A stretch of 64,000 nucleotides of DNA. Origin: Octopus sinensis (lineage: Eukaryota). Every line of letters begins with the position of its first letter. The stretch's first letter is position 1. The notes under the pieces were generated by a model that ran no database searches, had not been told where the DNA came from, and worked only from the letters and a program-made list of their open reading frames with translations. The position numbers and the translations under genes were made by a program. Shown here one piece after another: positions 13,818 through 27,402 of this stretch. The stretch lies in assembly GCF_006345805.1 (NCBI RefSeq), contig NC_043000.1, positions 7,130,001 to 7,194,000 on the forward strand, given 5' to 3'.

Positions 13818-13870
13818 GCTCCGTGTGGGCAGTATCTAAAAGTTTTTGTCCATCTTGATGCTGACATAAG

Positions 13871-13969
13871 TTCCTTGTTTTTCCTGATGAGAAGGCGGCA
13901 TAATGCACCCCTTATTCCTTCGAAATTAGGAATATGCAGCCTTCGAAACATATGTTGAGAATAAAGGAA
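13871..13969 (+). ncRNA. Type I hammerhead ribozyme motif in a Penelope-like repeat
   Basis: Stem I ttccttgtttttc/gagaataaaggaa; core CTGATGA at 13884-13890; stem II gaaggcggcata/tatgcagccttc; GAAA at 13945-13948; minimal stem III C-atat-G; cleavage triplet GUU at 13954-13956. Confidence 0.7.
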
Positions 13970-14154
13970 TTTTGTTAAATCGTCGTTCAACTCCATTCTT
14001 TTATTTATTTGTATTAAAAAAACACACAAATTTCCACACGAAAGCACGTGATCTCTGTCCTTGGCATGTAGCTTCAACCGTGTTTTTTCTGACATGAATT
14101 TGCTACCCAGGTATCGGTTAACCGAATTATCCATACTAAGATAATTCATTCAAC

Positions 14155-14201
<47 letters not shown>

Positions 14202-14519
14202 GCTCCAACCATTTCTGTCTACCAAATCCACTTGGGCCAGGGCTATAAAATATGACACTTGTCCAAGGTGCCATGCAGTGGGACTGAACCCGGAACCATG
14301 TGGTCAGGAAGCAAACTTCTTATCATGCAGCCATGCCTGTGTCTATATAATGGACAGCTAACTAAAGCAAGTAGTTTTATACAGATGTCTGTTCAATGAC
14401 AACTACTACTCAAATCATGAAGCAGGAAGGGTTTCTCTATTTCAATAAAGTAAGGATTTAACAAGAAATCTGTAGTCACCATCATCATCATCATCATTTT
14501 AACATCCATTTTTCTATAC

Positions 14520-14800
14520 TCTTTTACTTGTTTCAGTCATTTGACTGCGGCCATGCTGGAGCACCACCTTTAGTCGAGCAAATCGACCCCAGGACTTATT
14601 CTTTGTAAGCCTAGTACTTATTCTATCGGTCTTTTTGCCAAACCGCTAAGTTACAGGCTTCTTTCAGTTTTCATCTGCCAAATCCACTCACAAGGTTTTG
14701 GTTGACCTGAGGCTATAGTAGAAGACACTTGCCCAAGGTGCCATGTAGTGGGACTGAACCCGGAACTATGTGGTTGGGAAGCAAGCTTCTTACCACACAA
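14520..14800 (-). mobile_element. SINE copy
   Basis: Reverse complement of the 7490-7868 family, with an internal deletion. Confidence 0.75.
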
Positions 14801-17800
14801 TCACACATACACCTATGATGGTGATGCTTGTTTACAATCATCACATAGTGTCGTGTCAAGGGTGTAAACACATACACAAATACACACGCTCACACATATA
14901 GGACAGGCTTCTTTCAGTTTTCCATCTACCAAATCCACTTCAATCAGCCTGGGGCTTTAGTAGAAGATACTTGCCCAAGTTAACACACAGTGGGACTGAA
15001 TCCAAGACCACATGGTTGAGAAGCAAGCTTGTTAACCACACAGCTATTTCTGTGCCTCACTGTGCCATGCCAGCTTAGTGTGGATATGAAATCAGGAAAG
15101 AACCTTTACATCATGGTTTTGTTGTTTTGTTGTTTTTCATGACCCAGAGACAAAAAAGAAAAAAGTAAATAGGAGTCACAACACTGATGATAATGCCTTA
15201 GCAACTCATCAATGTTATCAATACAATGTATAAATGTTGAGCAATTTTCATGGGTTAATAAGTTGTTTCAACTTGAGGGGATGTTACTGTTCTTTAAATT
15301 CCAATGTGGCTAATGAGTACCATCATCATCATCATCATAATCTGTTCTCTGTTGTCCATAAGTCGGATGGGTTGACAGGATCTTATTTCTTTATTGCCTA
15401 CAAGGGGCTAAACATAGATGGGACAAAGAAGGACAGACAAAAGGATTAAGTCGATTACATCGACCCCAGTGCATAACTGGTACGATGAGTCCAAGGACTG
15501 TACCAGGCCCCACTTTTTTGTTTCAGCATGATCTCTATGGATGGGAGCCCTTCCTAATGCCAACCACATTACAAAGTGTACTGGTGTACTGGGTGCCTTT
15601 TTTCACACTACCAGCACTACTGAGATCCCCATGCAACTCACAAGACTATGAGCCCTAAGAGAGGTGGGGGGGGTCAGCTTTATACTTGGAGATTAAAGTA
15701 TGTGAGAAGCTGGGGGGAGAGAGGGAGGGCAGAGCAGGTTCTTGCAGAAGATTTGCATGGCTACTCAAATTTAGTAAGAGAGGGAGAGAATGATCAGTAG
15801 GAGCTGCAATGAGATAAGATAGGGGACATGAGTATATTCCACATAATAAAGCAGCATAGATTTGGTTTCACTGAATGACAGCTTCATACAACCTTTAAGT
15901 ATTTTATTTCTGAGTGTAGATTAACGAAAATGAAGCAAATTGGACTTATCTGAGTAAACAGAATTTGCTTCATAGCTTGCATGGGAGAAATAAATTAAAG
16001 CTAAGCACAAACATTTACTGCAATGTTAGAGTTATTACGAAGTACTCTCAGTGGGTCAGAGAAAATTTAATGACAGACTTGCAGACACTGACTAAGCAAA
16101 TGCTAAGCATAAAGATATTTCACTGAAAACACCTAAATAGTTGCCTTCTTAAGTTACTGACGACAATACAGTTATATAAAATGATAGGAGGTTTAAACTT
16201 TTTTTTTTCCACAAAATTTTCATTAAAATTTCATAAGTTTTTCCTTTAGAATATTTTTCATTTCAGCTGAAAACTATTGCAGAGTAAAACTTCAGTTAAT
16301 CTTATTTTTTAACAAGTAAGAGGCGGGAGATGAAAGGGAGCCAGGAAATTGGAAGCACGGTGGATAAAGAGGATATTTCTGAAGGCATATGGGAACTTCT
16401 CCTTGTAGACATTGCAGCAGCAACAGACAATGAATTCTCTAATGGAAAACATAGTTGCTTCAGGCATTGCACTGTAGCCATGCTGGGGCACTGCTTCGAA
16501 AGGTTTACTTGTGTGGTACATATTCTATCAATCTCTTGTGCTGAACTGCTAAGTTACAGGGATGTAAGCACACCAACACTGGCTGTCAAGTGGCATGAGA
16601 ACACACACAAACACATATATACACAAACATACATACATAGGCACATATATATGTACATACATACATACACACATACACATACTGGCTGTCAAGTGGCATG
16701 AGAACACACCACAAACACATATATACACAAACATACATACATAGGCACATATATATGTACATACATACATACGAAACGTACTTACTACATACACACATAC
16801 ACCCACATACATATATAAACACATGACACGTCCGTAAATATTCATACACACAAACACATACATACATACATACATATACCTATACACATACATAACATAC
16901 AAACGTACATACAATATCTACATACATATATAATATACATACAAACATACAAATACATATATACATCACATACATACATACACACACCACACACACACAC
17001 ATACACAAATCATGGAACTGTAAAAATCTTAAAACTTACCATACAGTTTATGACCTTAAACATATATACAATGTCCTAATATGCAACTATATGCATACAT
17101 ACATACATAAAACAAAACATACAAATCTGCATACATACACACATACTTACAAACAAACAAACATGCACAAATACCCTGTTGTTATGTTGAAATTCCAATG
17201 AAGGAACCTTGGGTCTAGGTTAGAAACCAGCTCTATCTCTATTGGCAAGAAATCTTGAAATAAAGCTGAATAATGTCATACATACATAGCACATGAATAT
17301 CTTTTAAATATTTTTTACTTGTTTCAATCACTGGACAGTGGCCATGCTAGGGTAGCATCTTGAAGGGTTTTAGCTGAATGAACCTGGTACTTATTTTATC
17401 AGTTTCTTTTGCCAAACTGTTAAATTGTAGGAACATAAACAAACCGACACCAGTTGTCAAGCAATGTTGGACAAATACAAACACAATCACAGATACACAC
17501 TCACATACATAATATATACATATATACATATACACATAATACACACATATGCACGCACATGTAACACACACACAATACACACACACATCATGGGCTGCAA
17601 TAATTTTTTGCACAAAATTAATAAATAAAAACAGTGCATTCTTTGATATTTAAATCTATTCTTGCACCGAGTCATTTACATGTTTTTGTATCTGCTTGTG
17701 CAGAAGAGAGAAAGAATGAAAGAAAGAGAGGGGGGAAGAAGAAAGATAGAGAATAGAGAGAGGGGGAAGGAGAGACAGAGGATAGAAAGAAAGAGAATAG

Positions 17801-19397
17801 AGAGAAGGGGAAGGAGAGAGATGAGATTAAAGAGAGCATTCCAGACAATATAATACTTGACTCATATAAATTTATCCCTTGACATATTCAGAAAAGCAAC
17901 GATGGCTTGTGTGAAGGTTTCTCTCAAGATATGATCCAATGGCATACCTATACAGAGGCGTGTAGGCACTGCTGTGTTGTTTGGAAGCTTGCTTTGCAAA
18001 CTATGTCATTTCAGGTTCAATCCCACTGCACAGTACCATGGGCAAATGTTTTCAATGATCACCCCCAGGTCGGCCAATGCCTTGAGAGTGAATTTAGTAG
18101 AGAGAAATTGTGTGGGAACCTATCGTGTATGTGTGTGGTGTGTGTGTGCGTGCACTTGTCATCTCAACCCTCTTGCTTGACAGCCAATGTTGGTTTGTTT
18201 ATGTCCCTGTAACCTAAAAGTTCAACAAAAGAGACTGATAGATCAAGTACTAGACTTAAAAAAATAAGTGCCGGTGCCGATCCGTTATATCTCATAGTTT
18301 CCATGTCATCATTTCTAATAAGAGAAGAGCCTCAGGGTTAGTACAATGGGATCTGTCATCACTATCGTCAACTGGTTCCATGGCACTGAATAAAACAGTA
18401 TGCAAATTTACCAAGTTTGATACCATGAATTCCAATTCTTTCCAATTGAAACTCCTCCTCCTGAAAACTTCAGACTTCAGGAAACAACTCAATAGAATCA
18501 ACAACCTTAATATCAGAATAATCCTGAACTCCATGATGTAATTCCTGTTCCATAATGATTCCCACTATTTAAAAAAAATGAGCTATGACATGGCTAAGAT
18601 CACTGGCCTCATCAAATTATTTATCCAAGATAATCTAATGAATGTACATGCCCTGACAGTTCGACCCTATACAGAAAGGACAGCTTGGCAATATGAATGG
18701 CCTTACCATAGATAGGTTTAGAAAACATATTTCTTTCTGTAGGCAGAAGTCCTGAAATTTTGGGACTGGGGACTTCAACTGGTACTTATTTTATTGACTC
18801 TGAAATGATGAAAGGCAAAGTCGACCTCAGTGAAATTTGAACTCAAAACATAAAACCAAAAGAAATTCACAAATCGTTTTGTCTGGGATGCTAATGATTT
18901 TGCCAATTTTGCTGTCTTAAGTTCAGGAAAACATTAAAACATCTTCAAGGAGTTTGGCTGAAATATAACAGCTACTACCAGCTTAGATTGATTTCATGGA
19001 TGCCGCCTGAGACTTCATGACTGACAAAATGCTATCCCTACAGAAAGAAACTCATGAGCGAACAGTTTATATATTCAGGAATGGCTTTCATAAGAAAACT
19101 GTATATGTCTGTAGAAGCTGTGGTCAGAAATCTAGTCACAGGCATCAGCAGAAGAAGCTCTAATTTAGAGGCAAACAGGGAGATTTTCAACCAGGCTGAA
19201 TCCCATTATGAGACACTAATGAGAAATGGACTTGCTGAGAAGTTGGTGTGTATGAAGAATCCTCTGCCCCATAGTCATACCTAAAGGGGTTAAGAAGAGA
19301 AGGGTGATATGGTTCAATCTCCCATGCTATCTCTGCTAATATTTCTAGAAGTTTCTGCTTTAATTAGACAGAATTTCTCAAACACTTGTAAGTACTC

Positions 19398-19790
19398 TTT
19401 TACTTGTTTCAGTCATTTGACTGTGGCCATGCTGGAGCACTGCCTTTTAGTCAAGCAAATCGACCCCCAAGACTTATTCTTTGTAAGCCTAGTACTTATT
19501 CTATCGGTCTCTTTTGCCGAACCACTAAGTTACGGGGACGTAAACACACCAGCATCAATTGTCAAGCAATGTTGGGGGGACAAACACAGACACACACACA
19601 TACATATACATATATATACATATATACAATGGGCTTCTTTCAGGTTCCATCTACCAAATCCATTCACAAGGCTTTGGTCAGCCTGAGGCTATAGTAGAAG
19701 ACACTTGCCCAAAGTGCCACGCAGTGGGACTGAACCCGGAACCATGTGGTTTGTAAGCAAGCTACTTACCACACAACCATTCCCACACCT
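19398..19790 (-). mobile_element. SINE copy
   Basis: Full-length reverse-complement copy of the dominant SINE with an internal (CA)/(TA) microsatellite. Confidence 0.8.
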
Positions 19791-19829
19791 ACTATAAACT
19801 TTTCAATGCTTATCACATTAAGGTTAGAT

Positions 19830-20260
19830 ACTCATACTTAGATAATATCTTACCATCATGTGCTACAACAGAAAGAAAAAAACATGCACTCTCACAAAAT
19901 CATCCTACAACCCAGCCTGTAACTAGCAAAAACTGGGTGAATCTTGCTTCTCAAAGACTGTGATCCACCACATGACAGCTGTAGGAGCCAAAAAGCCAAT
20001 GATTCCTAGAGATCATTCATACAAAAACTTCATGTACAGAAACATGGAAAACTCCACTTCCCTGTTTCACTCATTCTGGAAACTTTGGGACCAGACACAT
20101 GACTTGCCTAACATTACATGGAACATCCTTGACAAGGCATTTTGTTGCTCATCTCGAGTTTGAAACTGTCAACTCTGCCTGGCAGCCTGCAGTATCTATC
20201 AACAGGCCAACTTAACTACAAGATATAATCCCTGCTTGCCCATAGAGAGATTATTCTCCT
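19830..20260 (+). mobile_element. Penelope-like element GIY-YIG endonuclease C-terminal relic
   Basis: NSTSLFHSFWKLWDQ...ITWNILDKA, then after a stop CQLCL. This resembles the Penelope tail NSTxLSxxIWxLK...IxWxIL...CxLCL. Confidence 0.55.
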
Positions 20261-20479
20261 TCTCTCTACCCCCAGTGTCACCTACCATCAAGTATATTTA
20301 GGCCTAACACACCACTCAATGACCTAATTCAGCAAGTGTGCATTTCCATGTGATAAGAAATCTAACACCATCATACTCATTTTCAAGATATCATTATATA
20401 TTGAACTGTGGCAACCGAAGCCATTTCAAAAAGCAAACATAAAATGTTGATAATGATGATGCTGATAACGAATCTATAG

Positions 20480-21135
20480 AAGATTTTATATGTGGTAGAT
20501 GTACAGTAACAATAAACACTAAGGACAGATAAGAAATAGATTTTCTCAAACGCCCAGGAGACTCTGCAGAGGCTGTAGATAGTTTCTATTACCTGGACGA
20601 CTTAGTTAGCAGTGGTGGATGATGTTCTGAAAGTATAGTTGCTAGAATGAGAATAGGATGGAGAAAGTTTAGAGAACAATTACTTATGTTGGTAAGAGGC
20701 CTCTCTCTCAGAGTGAAATGCAGATTGTATGATGCTTGTGTACGAAAAGCTATGATGTATAGTAGTGAGACATGCACTCTGAATGAAGACATAAAGAGTG
20801 GAGAGGAATGAAGCCAGTATGTTCTGATGGATGCGCAATGTCTGTGTGCAAGTAGGATAAAATGCAAATGTGTTGACAGAACAATTAGGCATAAGCGGAA
20901 TCAGGTGTAGTGTGCAATAGCAAAGACTGATGGTTTAGTCATGTGATGCGTAAGGATGAGGACAGCTGCATAAAAAAGTGTTGATTGCTTAAAGTGGATG
21001 GAACTTGTGGAAGTAGGAAACCCAGGAAGACATAGGATGAAATAGTGAAGGCTGATCTCAAGATATTGAGCCTCATAGAGGAGACAACAGACTGGGATGT
21101 CTGGTGGTAAAAGGTTCTTGACAAGACTCACCCAC
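20480..21135 (+). mobile_element. RTE LINE fragment (degenerate)
   Basis: Homologous to the RT C-terminal region of the 10898-12617 and 58965-60562 copies. Confidence 0.75.
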
Positions 21136-21849
21136 CTCAACAAAACTGAGTTCTATATGCTCTCCACCCACGCTACATTGATTCATCTACCCACCCCAAT
21201 AAAACCAAACTACATCTCATTATGTACCACACCTACCTTCTCCACTGTTCCTACAGTCTACCCCACTTTTCATCTCTCTCTCTTTTGTCCTCCCCCTGTT
21301 AACTGTATTGTTACTATCCAGCTGCCTTTCCCCAAACTTACTCTATTCTGCATCCTTCCATCCTCCACATGACTCATTGGTTATGGTCCTTCAACGCTAC
21401 CCAATTTTTCCTACTCCCCATCCAATCTTGCAATTATCCCAAACACCTATTCCTAATCAGCCTGTGCCTTGTGTGGCTACTTGGACACCTCATCTCCATT
21501 ATTGATCACTCTTCCTCTTCTCTACTAAATGTGATCAAACATGTCAATCTTCTATAAGAACCTACTCTTCCCTCCTTATCCACTTTCTCTCATACTTAAA
21601 CCCTTGGTACCCTAGCATAAAGCTAACCACACTCCCTTGTGGGTGGGGGTCATAGTCTTATGAGCAGCATGGTGACCTCAATAGTGCAGGTGGCACAAAA
21701 GAAGCACCCAGTACATGCTGTAAGATGATTGGTGTTAGAAAGGGCATCCAGTTGTAGAAACAATGCCAAAGCAGACATTGGTGCATGGACCCATTGAATC
21801 TTGTCAGACCAACCAATCCATGCCAATTAAATGATGGTGATGACTGGCA

Positions 21850-22565
21850 GCCAATCGTTCTTGAGGGCGTGGAGCTGGAGGATGTGAAGTCCTTCGTCTA
21901 CCTGGGTTCAACGGTTGCTCCAACGGGCCAGGGCGCAACGAGGTCGAGCGTCACATAGGTGCTGCCGGACCCGCGTTCGTGCGCCTCCAACAGTGCCTGT
22001 GGAACAGAAGAGGGATCTTCTCGGTGACCAAAGGGCAAATCTACCAGGCCGTCGTTCGTACTATCCTCCTCTATGGTTGAGAAACATGGCTTATGAGGGT
22101 TGTCGATCAGCGAAGGCTGGGGTGTTCGACAATGACTGTCTCCGCCACATTCTTCACTGCCGACGCATTGATCAGGTTCCTACAGCCGGTCTTCATCATC
22201 ACCTGAATCTCCAGCCCCTCCCTTCGGTGCTTCTACAACGGCGCTTAAGGTGGTTCGGTCATGTATCCTGGTGTCCAGAGGGTGAACTGATTCGCAATGT
22301 CCTCCTCCCACCTCCACTTCCCAACTGGCGCAAACGCACGGCCGGGCAGCAGAAGACCTGGGCAACGACGATAAAGGAGGACCTCTCCGATCTCTCAGGT
22401 CTGCAGGTGGTCGGTCTGCGCAGATGGAACCGCAAATGGCTCGCTATCTCCAGTGACCTCGCACAGGACCATCGAGCGTGGGCCACCATGGTTCGTGATC
22501 CTGTCAGGACCAGAGAAGAAGCCAGCTCAACCAGCCCTGGGTGAATACCATCACAAGTACAAGTA
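21850..22565 (+). mobile_element. GC-rich RTE-clade LINE 3' fragment (second family)
   Basis: Shifted frames give VKSFVYLGS, ILLYG*ETW, RRLRWFGHV and KTWATTIKEDL, followed by a caagta-type tail. Confidence 0.8.
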
Positions 22566-24064
22566 AGTGATGACAATGATGTTGAGAGAGGTTATATTAT
22601 TAATTCTCTAGGTAAGCTCAGGATTAAGAGTATATCTTCTTTTAATCAGAGGACAGTAGTCTCTGAAACAGATCTGTAACAAAGCTACCTAGGTATTTTT
22701 CTTAGTTTGCTTCAGAGAATATTATCGTGTGCAATTTCCACAGTGCAAGGCTATTTCTCTGATGACTGTTAGGTCTTGTCTTCATTCCTACATATAAACC
22801 TTTAGTCACTGTTAAATTCTAGGTTTTGCTTCCATACAGCTATGAAAATTAGTCATAAGTGTACAAGTGTTCCATCAGAAAGCTTTGTATAAAGACCTGT
22901 TATCACCTATAATACAGGAGAGGTGGTTGAGAACCAAGCCTTGGCAAACACCTACCTGTGTACTTAATTCCTTGCTAACTCACACCTTGTTTACAGCATC
23001 TCTATCATGGTTCGTATGGTTCCCATAAGCCATTCATCTGTAACTAGTTTTCTTAGCAACCACCAGACTACAACACATGGAGTCCTGTCAAAGGCCATTC
23101 TCCAAGACAATGAATGTTAGGTAGAGCAGCTTACATTTATTTAAGTACTTCTCATGCAATTTTCTATCTCTAAATAGAGTGATACTTCAATTTGGCTGAA
23201 GACATCAAGTGCACCTCAGCTCAGTTAATTTTCTTTCTCATAAGTTGTGTGATCATTCTTTCAATAACATTAACCTGTTCATCAGTTTGATCTTCTTTGC
23301 TCTTGTATCATATATGTATGTATGTATGTATGTGTCTTCTATATATATATATATGTATGTGTATGTGTATATATATATACATATATATATATATAATTAG
23401 TGATTGGAAGAAATGGAGTTGAACGAAGATTGTACAGAATTCCTTTTATTACATTCTACACATGTTTCAAAGGCCACAATTTTCCAAATTCTGATTAAAT
23501 AAGGATACCATATTGCGGCTTTCTCTTCACGAAAAACCAGGAATTACGTTGTCAGAACAAAACAAAACAAAGGCGCAGCAAAGCAATTCGAACGAGGACG
23601 CTCCTTAAGAGCCCATGGGTAAAATGTTTATCAATGTACGTTGAAATCGGGGGGTTGGTGGGGGCCGACAAAAGGTCCGTTGGAATAAATCCAGGTCAGG
23701 CCGCGGTCAAATCTAGTAGGTGAGGAATTAATGAGAACAAGTGGTGTGGAGATGTTCTATGTGACCAAAGCTAATGTTCTGAATATTTTAAGAATACAGG
23801 GTGTGTTTTTTTGGGTGCGAGACAAAACCTACCTAAAAACATGTATGTGTATACTAGCCTATGTGTGCGCCGCCGTATGTTGGCGAGGGGCGCTAGATAA
23901 TGAGCACTGCTGAAAAAAGCCTGTCAGGCGGCTGAAATCATTCTGTGTTCGTGTGTCCGTCTGTGGCCTGCCTGTCTAAAATTATCATCGTCAAAGGGCT
24001 CTTAAGGAGCGTCCTCGTTCGAATTGCTTTGCTGCGCCTTTGTTTTGTTTTGTTCTGACAACGT

Positions 24065-24162
24065 AATTCCTGGTTTTTCCTGAAGAGAAAGCCGCAATAT
24101 GGTATCCTTATTTAATCAGAATTTGGAAAATTGTGGCCTTTGAAACATGTGTAGAATGTAAT
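24065..24162 (+). ncRNA. Type I hammerhead ribozyme motif (3' arm of stem I interrupted by a LINE)
   Basis: CTGAAGA at 24080-24086; stem II gaaagccgcaat/attgtggccttt; GAAA at 24142-24145; C-atgt-G; GUA triplet at 24151-24153. The mirror copy in the left arm has GTGAAGA, a core mutation. Confidence 0.55.
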
Positions 24163-27160
24163 CATTTCATTTCATTTCATTTGGGTTTGAGTCCATGCTG
24201 AGGCCAAGTCGAAGACTCCACCCTCAGAGTCTGGTGTGGTTGCCAGGTTGTATTCTCTGCTTAATTTTGACATGTGTAAGAGCGAGTTTGAGTCAGTTTG
24301 TGCTCGTTGTGTATATCCTGGGAGATGGGGTTCATCTCTAATGGTGCTTAAGTATCTATCCAGTTGCAATTTGAATGATTCCACACTGCATCCTGATAGA
24401 TTTCTGACATGTACCGGAATGGAGTTGAACAGTTGTGCTCCTCGAACCAACAGACTTGATTCTCGCAGGGTTTTTGCTGCCTGGCCAGCCTTTTTGTTGA
24501 TTGGTGGCAGCTGGCAGCGTCTTCCGTGGCGCAGTGAGTGGTAGGTTTTGATACCAAAGTTTGGCACCTTCTGCTCTATCATTTTCCAAATGTATATAAT
24601 TCGGTATCGCTCAAATCTTCTTTCTATTGAGTACATCCTCAAGGTTTTGAGTCTTTGCCAATAGTCCAGGTCCCTCGTTTCTGAGAAGTATGAGGTAAAA
24701 TTTCTTTGGAGCGATTCTATCTTAGATAGTTGGCCCTTTGTTGTTGGTGACCACAACTGAGAACAGTAGTCAATCCTCGGAAGTATCATACTGTTCCAGA
24801 GGGTTTTCATTGTTGAGATATCTCTTGATTTGAAGGTGCGCAAGATCCACCCGCTGTACTTTCTTGCAGTAAGACAGACTGAGTCAAGGTGTTCTCTGAA
24901 TTTTAGGTTGGTTCCCATGTGGATGCCTAAATCTTTCACATACTGTTTTTCCATTATTTGTTGTCCTGATGGGTTTCTGTAGTTTGTTGTATTTTTCAGA
25001 TCTTGATCTGTTCCGTAGCGAATTAGTTCAAACTTCTTATCATTGAACAACATGTTGTTTGTTTCCTGCCATTTATATATGGTGGTCAGGTCCTTTTGTA
25101 AGGCCTCTGTATCCACCTCGTCTTTGATTTGTCTCATGACCCTGGTGTCATCAGCAAAGGATGAGACGTTGCTGGTTGTATCTTCATCTATGTCAGAGAT
25201 GAGGATGAGAAACAGGATTGGGCCGAGTACTGTACCCTGAGGAACACTGCTGGTCACAGGTGATGGTGTTGAATGGGTTCCATTCACAGTGACTGTTTGA
25301 GTTCTATTTGTAAGGAACTCATGTATCCATGTACCAACTTTTCCTCCTACTCCTAGCTTTCGAAGTTTGTGACCCAGGATGCCATGATCTACCTTGTCAA
25401 ATGCCTTGGCAAAGTCGAGGTAGATAACATCTGTGTTGTATCCATTCTCTAGATTTTCTAGGATTTGGTCATGGTGTGCCAGTAGTTGGGAAAGGCATGA
25501 TCTACCTAACCTGAATCCATGCTGGTTGCAATTCATCAGATTGTTGGATTCCAGGAACTCAACCAGTTTTCCACGAACTATTCTTTCGAAGACCTTGACA
25601 ATGTGTGATGTCAGTGAGATTGGTCGGTAGTTCTTTGGTTTTGATTTGCTGTCCCCTTTATGTATTGGAGTTATGTGTGCTTCTTTATATGTATTTGGTA
25701 TTTTGCCATTCTCCATAGATTCCCTCCATATCATGTAAAGGGGTTTCGACAATTGTACCTTGCAGTTTTTAAGTATCATAGCATTGAAACCGTCAGGCCC
25801 CGCAGCCGAGTGCATGGAGAGCTTGTCTATTGCTCTTGCTATGTCTTCTGGGTTGAAATCAATGTCGGATAGGGTAGGTTTAGTATGGTCGATATCCTTG
25901 AAGAATTTTCCTGGGTCATGGATCTTCATGGTTTTAGATGGCTCACTGAAGACACTTTCATACTGTTGACCCAACATTTCTGCCATTTCAATAGGGTTAT
26001 TCACTACATCCCCATTTTGTCTCTGGAGAGGTCCTACTGTTGACTTGGTGTTCGAGTATTTCTTTGCAAAACTGTAGAAACATTTGGATTTTTCTTGATG
26101 TTTTCTATGGCTCTCTTTTCTGCATTGTTACGTTCTTCATCATAGTGTTGTTTTAGATTGTCTTCTAATCTGTATATTTGGTCAAGGACTTTCTGTAATT
26201 CATGTTTTGATGTCAGCTTAGATGTTTTGTTTCTTAGTCTTGACCTTTTGCGCATCAGGATCTTTCGCTCCCGTGGTACAGGTTTTTTTGTGGACTTGGT
26301 TTTCTTTAGAGGAACATTTTTTTCACATATTTCTTCGATCTTGTTTAAGAATTTCTTGTGTTTATCTGGCCCAGTAAGGTAGAGATCCCAGTCAATGATT
26401 TGTAACTGGTTGTTAATAGTTTCCCAATTTGCCTGGTGATAATCATACCTGCATAGCTTTGGCATGTCCTTTTGTTTAAGAGCTGTGGCATTGGGCTCAT
26501 TACCAATGTGTAAATGCATTTCAATAATATTGTGGTCTGAAAGGATTGTTGGGGTTGAGTGAAGGTCAAATAGCGTGTCCTCGTTGTTGGTGAAAACCAA
26601 GTCGATCGTATTATTATTTCTTGATGCTTCTGTCATCATTTGTTTGAGGTATAATTTCTCTGTGACTTCCAACAGTTTGGCTGCCTGTATTTGTTCAGCT
26701 TTTGTCCCCAGTTTTAGTATGTGTCCATGTGGCCAGATGATGTTAGGGAAGTTGAAGTCACCAAGGAGGATAATGTCTGGCATTGGACTCGCTATGTTTC
26801 CCAGAATTTGTTGGAGCTTCGTCAGTGGCTCAGTGAAGGATAATGTTGGGCTGTTTGGCGGTCTGTACATTATTGTTACAACTGTATTAAGTTGGATGAT
26901 TTTTATGCACAGCAGGTTGCAGTAGGCATTTGATTCATTGACAAGTTCTATGCATGCATAGGTATCATGGATATACATGATAACGCCCCCATGGGATCTG
27001 CCTTGTCTATCACATCTGAAGATGTTGAATCTATTGATTGTGATTTCGCTGTTGCGGATGTTTTCGTTGAGATGACTTTCAGTAATTCCAATTATTTTGG
27101 AGTTGTTTTCTCTTGCTAATTCTTCCAAGAAAGGGACTTTACACTGTTTTGTTTTGTTTT
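24163..27160 (-). mobile_element. CR1-clade LINE, 5'-truncated, near-intact ORF2 (APE endonuclease + reverse transcriptase) with one frameshift
   Basis: ORF 26034-27128 has APE motifs (ITESHL, YRPP, GDFNFP, DLVF, SDH). ORF 24172-26004 has RT motifs (YRPISLTS, DFAKAFDKV, VPQGTVLGP, FADD). A 1-nt indel near 26085 joins them. The 3' tail is (ATGAA)n. Confidence 0.92.
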
Positions 27161-27370
27161 AAAAGGAATTCTGTACAATCTTTGTTCAACTCCATTTCTT
27201 CCATTCACTAATTATATTAAACTTCAATTATCCGCACCAACGCACGGTTGCAACACCATATGGTCTTATCTCCAACCGTGGTTTTTTTCTGCTGTGATTT
27301 TTGCTACCCAGGTATCGGTTAAACTTTTGAATAATCCGTAACAAGATAATTCATCTTTCCATTTCAACAA

Positions 27371-27402
<32 letters not shown>

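Larger units (their letters stand above)
23394..27217. repeat. Inverted-repeat (Penelope pLTR-like) element with ~220-bp arms, right arm split by a LINE
   Basis: Left arm 23394-23614 is the reverse complement of 23996-24162 joined to 27161-27217. It shares sequence with the 13870-14150 element (gttcaactccatt, and tttgctacccaggtatcggttaa just beyond the arm). Confidence 0.85.

Noticed and set aside
26004-26100. Programmed frameshift between the endonuclease and RT ORFs
   Set aside because: CR1-clade elements encode both domains in one ORF2. A single 1-nt deletion or sequencing error explains the break.
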